Assembly (NCBI RefSeq): GCF_006345805.1
Contig: NW_021825846.1
Coordinates: 1-14,283 of the forward strand
From: Octopus sinensis
Taxonomy: Eukaryota
Reading direction: 5' to 3'
Length of the DNA: 14,283 nucleotides
The notes beneath the pieces were generated by a model, which was given only the letters and a program-made list of their open reading frames with translations, did no database searches and was not told the DNA's origin. Each line of letters opens with the position of its first letter. The stretch's first letter is position 1. A program made the translations under genes and the position numbers. This document shows, in pieces, positions 1 to 9,144 of this stretch.

Positions 1-122
1 AAATCTCGCAAACTGTTCGTATAAAAATTGTTGCTGTTGAGGAGATTCGTTATGACACTTACAAGTTTCTGGCCATTTAAAGAAACTATGAACTACCACT
101 AAGTATTAAGAACCGTTTAAAG
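1..122 (-). mobile_element. Decayed Gypsy-type LTR retrotransposon integrase core fragment
   Basis: Manual translation of 120->1 gives LNGS*YLVVVHSFFKWPETCKCHNESPQQQQFLYEQFARF. This resembles the rve integrase start GPxNGxxYLVVVDxFSKWPE...FLxELFARFG. It has one stop, and the first catalytic Asp appears as His. Not in the ORF track; only 40 codons are visible. Confidence 0.7.
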
Positions 123-2924
123 CAGGGGTCTCCAGAGTTTTCCAGCGGAGGGCCACATTGCTGAATTTTTAAAGCTACGGGGGCCAAGGTTCTAAATTAT
201 TTATTTTACCAAAATAATATAAATAAATAGTGAATTAATAATTAAAAAAGGTTATTTATTCAGTACATAATCACAATGTATATAATATCAGTAACAATTA
301 ACATGTTTTTTTAACTTTGATCAATAGGGGAAACATGAAATTGTTTCATTTCTGACAAGCAATGCATTTAAATGTTCATCAGACAATTGTGATCTGTAGC
401 AGGATTTTGTGTATTTCATCTTTGAAAAAGTCTTCTCACACAAATATGTGGTGCCAAAAACTGAAATGAATTCACAGGCAAACCTCCTTAAATGAAGAAA
501 TTGGTCGGATGGAAGGCATTTGTAGAATTCAATCAAATTTCCCTCTTTATATTTGTCCTTCAGGATGTCATTGGATTGCAAATCAATAACTTCCATTTGT
601 AACTCAGAAGGTAAGTCTCCAATAACAGAGTTAAATGGATTTTCAAAAATCTTAGTTTTGAAGAACATGCATCAAGATCAGAAAAACGTTCTTCAAACTG
701 TTGTTTCAAAGCTAACTGACATCTTGAGCAAACAAGTTTGGAAATGGAGTGAGTGCAGCTTCCTGTCTATATTTGTCACATCGTGAAAAATGAGTAAAGC
801 AGCTTCTTGTTAACTGACTTTCAAATAGTATTAATTTCTTACGAAAAGCTTTCACCTTTGAGTACAAATCACAGATGAGTGAAGTTTCACCTTGTATCCG
901 TAGGTTGAAATCATTGAGATGCATAGTTAAATCGGCTGAAAATGCTAATTTCCAGAGCCATTCACTGTCTTTGAGCAACACCTGTGAATGGTTTTTCTCA
1001 TTTAAAAATATTTCAATTTCAGTTCGAAGCTCAAAAAATCTAGCCAGAATTTTTCCATAGCTAAGCCATCTTACTGAAGTATAGTAAGGTAGGTCTGGAA
1101 ACTCAGCATTCATTTCCTCCAAGAAATCACGAAATTGGCGATGTTTGAGTCCATGAGATCTTATGTAGTTAACAGTGGAAATCACAGGATCTAATACAGA
1201 TGATAAATCAAGATGCTTTCCACACAGTGCTTGCTGATGAAGAATACAATGCAATACCAAAGGTTTCAATCCACCGGAATTCTCAATTACTTTGTTAATT
1301 TGCCCAACTAAGCCCTTTTTGGTTCCACACATATTTCTGCCACCATCTGTTGTTATGCATTTTAGTTTTTTCCATTCCAAATTATACTCAGCCACTGACT
1401 TTTCCACTTCTCTAAAAATATCTATGCCTGTTGTTGTTCCATGCATGCTGTGCACAGATACAAGTTCCTCAGTAATCTCAAAATTGGCATTTATTCCTCT
1501 GATGAACAATAACAATTGGGATGTGTCTGATACATCAATTGACTCATCAAGTGCAACAGAAAAGCATACAAACTTGCTGGCTTTGTCTTTTAGCTGTGAT
1601 TTAATATTTATTTCAATATGTTCAACCCTACGAGCAACAATGTTCGCAGAAAGACTAATTGCGGAAAATAAATCTACGTTTTCTGGACACATTTCCTTAG
1701 CTACCTCATTCAAGCACTTTTTAATAAGTTCACCATCTGTAAATGGCTTACCTTTCTTCGCCAAAAGGTTAGCAACATGGAAGCTTGCTCTTGTTGCTCT
1801 CTCTTTTTCTACAGCCTTCTTCTTGAAAACAAACTGCATTGATGATAAATTCTTCTTTAATTTGTCAAATTTCTCTTTACGTAGCTGTCCAATGAATTGG
1901 TAGTACTGTGATGAATGCTTTTTTTCATAATGTCTCCGAATGTTGTACTCTTTAAGTACTGCAATTGTGTCGGTGCATATAACGCATAGTGCCTTGTTGT
2001 TTGACTCTATGACAAAATAGTCTATGTTCCATTGTTCCTTAAAAACTCTACACTCAGAGTCGATTTTTCGTTTTCTTCCTTGAGCTAACATTTTTACTAT
2101 GGGTCGACAGATTTTGCTCGACGATATATGTAAAAGGACGAAACAAGTAAAAACAATATTCACAGGTCACTCGATACGTGCATTCACTTCGGCAGCGACG
2201 ACGACAAATGACTCACACTTGTGCACAACGAAAACGCCAAGTCTGTGCTGACTGACGGAATGCGCATCGAACTTTACTCCACGCTGATTGGCGACTGCAC
2301 CAGGATTAGAAACCACCACACAACGTCAGGCTCAACCCTCTCTATTCATCGCTCGTGAGATGTAGGTAACATCGATAAATCGATATTTGTCTTCTTTTAT
2401 TATACTAGGCACGGGACTTTTATTAACGTCATACTTGTCGTATCTGCTCTCTCGACAGTTGACGGAATAGGTTGACTTTTCTGCGACATCAATAAAGCTA
2501 GAAATTGAATCTCTGCTTCATTGTAAGCAGCACCATCCATCTCACTGACAATCGCCTATTATCTAAGATGAATGATAGGTAGCTCCATACCGAAGTTAAT
2601 TCATTTTATGGTGGTTCTGATGGGTCAGTTAAAACAGTGGGAGGGGGGAGTGGAAAAGAACCTATATTTACACTAAAGTTTAGTGTATAAATTTTTAATT
2701 CGCCGGCGCAATTTAAAGACATTAATTGATGGCAAATCAATTAGCGTCGTCTTGCGTCTATTTGCTGTACTATATTTGTCAAACGTATTAAAAGGGGTGT
2801 AAGGTATATTTGTTTTTGTATGATTTCGGCAAGGCTTGTTTTTCGACATTTGTTTTATAATTTTGGAGGACAGCTCGGCGGGCCGGATTAAAAACCTTGG
2901 CGGGCCGTACTTTGGAGACCCCTG
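123..2924 (-). mobile_element. hAT DNA transposon, Buster/Charlie/SPIN-like, full length (2802 bp)
   Basis: 16-bp TIRs with one mismatch: CAGGGGTCTCCAGAGT (123-138) and the reverse complement CAGGGGTCTCCAAAGT (2909-2924). Subterminal GGGCC motifs occur at both ends (GGCGGGCCG twice near 2877-2907). An internal transposase is present. Both 8-bp flanks are TA-centred (GTTTAAAG, GTCTACCC) but not identical. Confidence 0.95.
311..2091 (-). pseudogene. hAT transposase (GTF2IRD2/SPIN-like), frameshifted in this sequence
   Basis: The likely start is MLAQGRKRK at 2091. Motifs: BED-type zinc finger (CVIC...RRHYEKKH), catalytic ALDES and TTDGG, HCILHQ, VRWLS, and a C-terminal dimerisation domain (FGTTYLCEKTFSKM...RSQL). 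One-base shifts near 714 and 652 link the track ORFs 712..2163 and 321..668 via LALKQQFEERFSDLDACSSK. There is a further frame break near 355. Confidence 0.92.
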
Positions 2925-4703
2925 GTCTACCCTATCGAAGGCTTTTGATTGATCCAAATTGATCAGCGCCCCACCCATGCCAGGATTTTTAACTACCCTG
3001 TCTATGATGTAGCGCATCAGATGGAGGTTGTCATGAATACTTCTACCCGGCACGGCGCATGTTTGCGCCTTGTCGATTAGTTTCTTGATGACAAGCACCA
3101 ACCTCTCGGCTAACACCTTGGCCAAAATTTTCAAATCTGCGTTGAGCAGAGTGATGGGCATGAAATTATCTATGACGTCCCCCTTGTTTGGGTCTTTCTT
3201 GATCAGTGCCACTGATCCTCGCTTTACAAAAGCAGGAATACTCCCGTTCTGCTGCCAGTTGCAGTAGACAGCTGCCAAGACGCCTCCAAATAAGTCTGGC
3301 ATATGAAAATAAAGTTCGTAGGGCAGACCATCCAAGCCTGGTGACTTGTCTCTCGCGCAGCCTACCATCGCATCCTGTACGTCCGCAGCTGTGATAGGCT
3401 TTTCACAAGACTCCACCTCTCTTGCTGAGAGTCGTGGCAAGGCATGCAGGTAGGCACTAAAGTCCACTCTGCGTTCTGACTCACCACTTGTCCCAAACAG
3501 TTGGGTGAAGTGTTGTTGAAAAGCCCCACACATCCTTTAGGCTCGAGCAATTCACGCCCCTGTTCATCTATAAGAGACTTGATGGTGGCTCTGTTGCCTC
3601 GTTGCGTCTCCACCACTCGGGCTCTTGGGCGGCTCCAACTCCTTCGTTCTCAGAGCACGCATCCTAGCTCTGACAACGCATCCCTCGTGTTTGGCGTTGA
3701 GGTGTTGGTCGAGGGCCAATCTCGCCGCCAGCACGTTGGACGCGATGCCAGTTCTAAGTGCCTCTTCTAAAACCTTAACTAATTTCCCTCTATTCTATTT
3801 CGGTCTAATGCTAGGGCTCTACTGTATCTGACTGATTCTGCTTTAATTGCTTTTTTTAGGGCATACCACCATCTGTAGTTGATGATGGTACCCGTCAAAG
3901 CTATCTTAATTAATGTGCTGATCCGGTCCCTGTAAACCTGTCGTGCTGTAAAAGACGCGTTCAGTTTCCAGTAACCAGGACCCTGCCTATGTGTCTTATC
4001 TAAGTCAAGTGTACAAGTCACAAACTTGTGATCTGTGTAACTGACTATATGAAATTGTGGACAACCTACACTATTTTTATCTATTGTCCTACAGAATACT
4101 CTATCTAAGTATGATATGGACGACCCGATGCGGTTACTCCATGTCCACATTGGCACATTCGGGTGGTCCAGTCGGTACCTGTCAGACAGTTGGAAACGTC
4201 TGAGCAGGTCTTTGAGGCATTTGCATCCCCTTCTATTGCTATCTCTGCCCACGTAGTCTAGATGCGTGTCCAGGGTGGCATTCCAATCCCCCACTAAAAG
4301 TAAAGGACGAGACGTTCCCATGAAAGACTCTAGACGTCGAAAGAAATCTGGTCGGCCTGTTAAGGACGGAGCATAAACTGATATCAGTCGAAAAGCACAC
4401 TCATTGCTGCCATCGACATCCAAAACGATCAGCCTACCCTCCGGGTCTAGGAAATGCTCTTACTTTGAGATCCAGACTCTTCCGGATAAGCACCGCGGTG
4501 CCACCTCCGCCCATTCTCGGTAGACACGGAGAAAAATAATGTTGAAATGTGTACCGAAAATGTGCTGAAGTGCCCGCAAGCTGTGGAGTCTGGTCTCACT
4601 GATGGCTATGATATTCAGATTTAGTGATTTGATGTCATTTAACAGGTAGCCTTGTTTCCAAGGCGACCCCAAACCACGTACATTATACTGCCTATCTGAG
4701 CAT
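2925..4703 (-). pseudogene. LINE ORF2: AP endonuclease plus N-terminal half of reverse transcriptase
   Basis: The reconstructed start is MLRIGSINVRGLGS. Endonuclease motifs: ISETR, ISVYAP, LVGDWN, TWSN...SYLDRVF, SYTDH, followed by PGYWKLN. RT-region motifs: KSPGLDGLPYE, PITLLNADLKILAKVLAERL, Q...VPGRSIHDN, LINLDQSKAFDRVD. It ends there, before the QG and YADD motifs. Seven -1 shifts and no in-frame stops in the stitched frame. Confidence 0.93.
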
Positions 4704-4769
4704 GTTCCGATAAAATTGTGTTTTACACACGAAAAGAAAGTGCAAAAAAGGAAAGAGAGAGAGAAAAGG

Positions 4770-6968
4770 TTACTTGTTGTTCGAAAGTCCTTTGTCTTTC
4801 ACCTTACGGTCGTCTTCTATGAGGCTTTTGTACAGTTTTTTCGATGAATACTTTTGAAATCTCCCTACTGCATCAGGGTAAAGAGATTTCAGGGTGCTGT
4901 ATGTGTTCTGTGTTACGTGTATTATTTTAATGTATTGTGGTGGTGTTGTGCGTGGGTGGTTACTTGTTTTTATGTCGTTTTCAGTTATGTTGGTGTTTGA
5001 CCTAATGTGTTCCATTAGGTCGTGGTTGTTTGTGTTTATGGCTGTCAACATTGTTGGGGGTTTGATGATGGTGGTTTGTGTTGATGTGTTTGTTTTCTGT
5101 GGATGTTTTTGTTTCGGGAGTGGTGTATCTTCCCGCTTTGTTTGTTATTTTTTCTTTTCTTTTTTTTCCCCTTTCTTCTTCCCCCTGTGGCTATTTGCCA
5201 ATCTTCCGTGTCTTCTTCGTCTAATGACAGATCAGACGAATCGGAGTCTGGAAGAGGGAAAGTATTGGGGTCTATTGTCGACTGTGTTGATTTTGTTGTT
5301 GGTGGTTGGTTGGTGAGTGTTGGTTGTGGTGTATGCGTTTTGGAGGGGGGTTTGGGTATTTTGTGTTTGAGTGATTGTAGGTATTGTTGTGTTGTTTGGG
5401 GTCTCAATTTTGTGGGGATTTGGAGTTGTAATTGTTTCTTCATTTTTGCTGAGTGTCTTTTTGGCAGATGTCCTTGGTTTGGGAGTTGGTGTATTCTTGG
5501 TTGTTGTTTTTGGTGATGCTGCTTCTGTTCTTGGTGCTGCAGTTGGTGTGGTTGTTTGGTTGGTGAGGTTTGTTCCTGCAAAACGTGGTGTGGGTAGTAA
5601 ACCTTGTTTATTTGTTTTTGTTTCCGGCTGCTGTTGTTGTTGCTGTTGTTTTCTTGCGGCAGATTTGCAGTCTTATTTTAGGTGTTGCTCACTGCCGCAT
5701 ATGTAGCAACGTGGTCTTCTGCCATCGACGACCACATATAACTTGTGGTCGTCTGATACACATATCTGGGTGGGTATTTTTTTTTATCTTCATGATGTAT
5801 ATGAAGAAGAAATTCTACTTTTTTTCCCACCCAGGTTTATGCTCTGTGACCGTGGTCTCCAAAATAGTAAAATTCGTCATTTTTACGCATAAGGCCTTTA
5901 CAAGCCATAGATTATTGGCTATTTTGGGGACATTGTTTAAAGTGATCTTAGTCACTTTCTGTCCCCGATAGCTTGGTGTAAGTTGGAGTTCATCTGAGTG
6001 AAGAGTTAGCGTTGAGAAACGTCTAGCCAACTCTTCGGTGTGGAAAACAACTTGTATGTGGGCAAATTTGTTCCACCATGTCACATAGTCTTTGTGATTC
6101 CAGATGGGTTTTAAGCACTTCTCTATTTTGCTTGTGTTAGCCTTCTCTGGGCTTTTTGTTTTCTTGTTAACTATTTTATAAATAATTGTTCTTCTTTTTT
6201 CATCTTCCAAAATGTCTTCTGGTATGTTTATCTTCACTATACCATCTAATTCTGTTATTGTAATGTTCGTGTCCTGTATTTGTTGAGCCGTGAAATATAT
6301 TGTTGTTTTTTTTTTCTTTAATCGCCTCAGCGAAATTTGTTGTTGTTTTGTTATTGTTGTTGCTGGTGGTGATGTTGTTGTTGGCTGCAGTTTGTAAAAT
6401 TGGTGTGTTTGGTTCGATTGTGCAAGTAGGAAGGGGGTGGAAAATTATTTTCATAATTTATCCCTGTACTCAAGCAGCTTTTGTCAATTTGTTTGGTGGC
6501 TACAGATTTTTGTTTATTCACTTCAGTTCTTGTTGTTGGAGTAAAACAGGTCTGAACGGAATTGTTGTTGTTGTTATTGTTGTTTTTGTTGTTGGTGGTG
6601 GTGTCAGTGGCAGAAGAGGCAGCCGAGGCAGCAGATGTCGAAATGGTGGCGCAATTTTTATTTTTGCTGTCATTGTTATTGTTGTTGCTGTTGGTAGTTG
6701 AGGTGGATGAGGTGCGGTGGTGGTGGTGGTGGTGGCGGTGGTGGTGGTGGTAGGCGGTGGTAGTACAGTAGAAGTCTCTATGTTGTTCTGCTAGTGGCGG
6801 TGTTGGTGACAATGCTGTTACTACAGTAGTAGCAGCGTTCAATGCACATTCATTCATAATTTTACGTCGCGCGCAAAATTCTTTTTTTTCTCCTAGCGTT
6901 TCCAGTCTAGGAGAAATTTGGTCGATAGAGGAACGCGACCATCGTTCCACGATAAAATTTCTAGACAT
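4770..6968 (-). pseudogene. LINE ORF1: gag-like nucleic-acid-binding protein with CCHC zinc knuckle, fragmented
   Basis: Stitched from the track ORFs 6351..6968, 6200..6454, 5815..6237, 5045..5581 and 4770..5051. It has a low-complexity N-terminus, FAEAIKE, a globular RRM-like region, then YVVVDGRRPR-CYICGSEQHLK*DC (CX2CX4HX4C, TAA at 5673-5675). A Thr/Pro-rich linker, acidic patch and Lys/Arg-rich patch follow. The true start and N-terminal frame are uncertain. Confidence 0.78.
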
Positions 6969-7172
6969 TTTCTAATGTCCAGAATAAAATTACAGAAATG
7001 AAATGGGGTCGAAACTGCTCCTAGGGGCGAATTCCTCCCTTGGAAAAGCACTCAAATGAAAGTTGGGTGCCTTACACAACTTATTCACAAAAATGTACAG
7101 AAAAATTGGGCTATAAATAGTCAAAATAAAGAATTACCTTCGGAGTCGATGAGACAACACATCCATAGACAG

Positions 7173-7173
<1 letters not shown>

Positions 7174-7253
<80 letters not shown>
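7174..7253 (+). repeat. (GATA)20 microsatellite
   Basis: Perfect tetranucleotide array seen directly, with degenerate units at 7164-7173. Confidence 0.98.
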
Positions 7254-7254
<1 letters not shown>

Positions 7255-7437
7255 GTGAAATTGATTAATTATGAAATAGTCATAAAGATATTTGCAAAAC
7301 TATATAAAGTAGCCACTTGTTGATAGAGTGAATCTTAATAGTAACAAAGCAGATGAGATCAAAGCAAAGACCAATACAGGAGGTTTTATTGTACAAACTC
7401 TATTTTTCATTGATTCTTTTGTTATTTTTCTTTTTCA

Positions 7438-7842
7438 GGCGCAGGAGTGGCTGTGTGGTAAGTAGCTTGCTAACCAACCACATGGTTCCGGGTTCAGTCC
7501 CACTGCGTGGCATCTTGGGCAAGTGTCTTCTGCTACAGCCCCGGGCCGACCAATGCCTTGTGAGTGGATTTGGTAGATGGAAACTGAAAGAAGCCTGTCG
7601 TATATATGTATATATATGTATGTTTTTGCGTGTCTGCGTTTGTACCCCTAGCATTGCTTGACAACCGATGCTGGTGTGTTTACGTCCCCGTCACTTAGCG
7701 GTTCGGCAAAAGAGACCGATAGAATAAGTATTGGGCTTACAAAGAATAAGTCCCGGGGTCGATTTGCTCGACTAAAGGCGGTGCTCCAGCATGGCCGCAG
7801 TCAAATGACTGAAACATGTAAAAGAGTAAAAGAGTAAAAGAG
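7438..7842 (+). mobile_element. tRNA-derived SINE family 1 (CORE-like), full-length copy
   Basis: A box TGGCTGTGTGG (7448-7458), B box GGTTCAGTCC (7491-7500), CORE-like CTTGGGCAAGTGTCTT (7514-7529), an internal TA-rich microsatellite and a (GTAAAAGA)3 tail. Several more copies occur in the window. Confidence 0.9.
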
Positions 7843-8008
7843 TTTATAGAATCAATTTGTTATTTATGTAACGTGTCTCCACCCAGCTGGGAAGTGATCC
7901 GCAGATTTATAGCTCAAGATGTACAGTGATCAACAGAGCACATTCCAGCATTCAGGGTTGAACTGTAACCAATCGAACTGTAATAAGCAGAGTAATGTAG
8001 CTAACCAA

Positions 8009-8429
8009 GGTGGCAAGCTGGCAGAATCGTTAGCACGCCGGGCGAAATGCTTAGCAGTATTTTGTCTGTCGTTACGTTCTGAGTTCAAATTTCCGCCGAG
8101 GTCGACTTTGCCTTTCATCCTTTCGGGTTCGATAAATAAAATACCAGTTACGCACTGGGGGTTAATGTAATCGACTTAATCCCTTTGTCTGTCCTTGTTT
8201 GTCCCCTCTGTGTTTAGCCCCTTTGTGGGCAGTAAAGAAATAGGTATTTCGTCTGTCGTTACGTTCTGAGTTCAAATTCCGCCTAGGTCGACTTTGCCTT
8301 TCATCCTTTCTGGGTCGATAAATAAAGTACCAGTTACGCACTGAGGGTTGATGTAATCGACTTAATCCCTTTGTCTGTCCTTGTTTGTCCCCTCTGTGTT
8401 TAGCCCCTTGTGGGCAGTAAAGAAATAAG
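8009..8429 (+). mobile_element. tRNA-derived SINE family 2 (Meta-domain-like) with internal 187-bp tandem duplication
   Basis: A-box-like TGGCAGAATCG (8019-8029) and B box GAGTTCAAAT (8081-8090). The central GTCGACTTTGCCTTTCATCCTTTCGGG.TCGATAAAT resembles the Meta/Sauria SINE domain as I recall it. The body is repeated from 8057 and 8244. Confidence 0.8.
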
Positions 8430-8451
8430 AGACACAGCACAGTGACTGTTA

Positions 8452-8669
8452 CTCTTTTACTGGTTTCAGTCATTTGACTGCGGCCATGCTGGAGCACCGC
8501 CTTTAGTCGAGAAAATTGACCTCAAGACTTATTCTTTGTAAGCCTAGTACTTATTCTAACGGTCTCTTGCCAAACCGCCAAGTTACGGGGACGTAAACAC
8601 GCCAGCACCGGTTGCCAAGCGATATTGGGGGACAAATACAGACGTACAAACATATACACACACATACAT

Positions 8670-8713
<44 letters not shown>

Positions 8714-8875
8714 GACGGGCTTCTTTCAGTTTCCGTCTACCATATCCACTCACAAAGCTTTGGTCGGCCCGAGGCTATAGTAGAAGACACTTGCCCAATG
8801 TGCCATGCAGTGGGACTGAACCCGAAACCATGTGATTGGTAAGCAAGCCCGTTACCACACAGCCACTCCTGTGCC
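8452..8875 (-). mobile_element. SINE family 1, full-length copy with expanded internal (TA)n
   Basis: Reverse complement aligns with 7438-7842 from head to tail. Confidence 0.9.
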
Positions 8876-9065
8876 TTGGCTTATTAGTGTCAAGAAGAAC
8901 ATTCAGCTATAAATAATAGTTTAGATAAACTGAAGTTTACAATATTTTTGTTATCTTATGCAAGATTTTAGAACCATCATCTTCTGTATATTGTTGTTTA
9001 CCTCATTTTAGGAGTTTTTTAAAAAAATTGTTTTATTTTCTCTTTTGACATCTTTCATTTAAAAG

Positions 9066-9144
9066 ACATGGACATCAATGAGATCATGAAAAAAATGGTG
9101 ACATTGAAGCAGTCAAAATCTTCATAACTGAGCATCCAGATGAA
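9066..9144 (+). pseudogene. Ankyrin-repeat gene, exon 1 of those visible (ATG at 9068)
   Basis: Pyrimidine tract and AAG acceptor, GTAAGT donor at 9145. With A8 instead of A7 at 9089-9095 it reads MDINEIMKKNGDIEAVKIFITEHPDE, ending in phase 0 and joining VNQ of the next exon like an ankyrin repeat junction. Confidence 0.65.

Larger units (their letters stand above)
2925..7170 (-). mobile_element. Tx1/L1-clade non-LTR retrotransposon, 3'-truncated inside RT by the hAT end
   Basis: Two-ORF layout with a gag-like ORF1, a 66-bp spacer (4704-4769), then APE-RT ORF2. The 5' boundary is approximate and was placed where the GATA array begins. Confidence 0.9.

Noticed and set aside
553-1903. Plus-strand ORFs 553..786, 875..1060 and 1292..1903
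   Set aside because: Antisense shadows of the transposase, with no recognisable motifs.
3070-3831. Plus-strand ORFs overlapping ORF2
   Set aside because: Antisense shadows of the LINE coding region.
4894-6753. Val/Leu/Cys-rich plus-strand ORFs that look like membrane proteins
   Set aside because: They are the reverse complement of the A/C-rich ORF1 triplet repeats, which lack stops for compositional reasons.
7105-7120. ATTGG plus TATAAATA as an antisense LINE promoter driving the ankyrin gene
   Set aside because: Such motifs are frequent by chance in AT-rich DNA, and I see no clear initiator or downstream donor.
7080-7166. Spliced-leader-like RNA (AG|GTAA donor plus T-rich Sm-like sites on the minus strand)
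   Set aside because: No convincing stem-loops, a single copy, and weak Sm matches.
123-7170. Xenopus-style Tx1 composite (LINE inserted inside a DNA transposon)
   Set aside because: The LINE lies outside the TIRs and is itself cut by the hAT end, which is the opposite nesting order.
7353-8842. Short ORFs of 62-111 aa in this interval, and similar ones at 10479-10730 and 12124-12797
   Set aside because: They lie in SINEs and microsatellites; near-identical peptides recur with each SINE copy.
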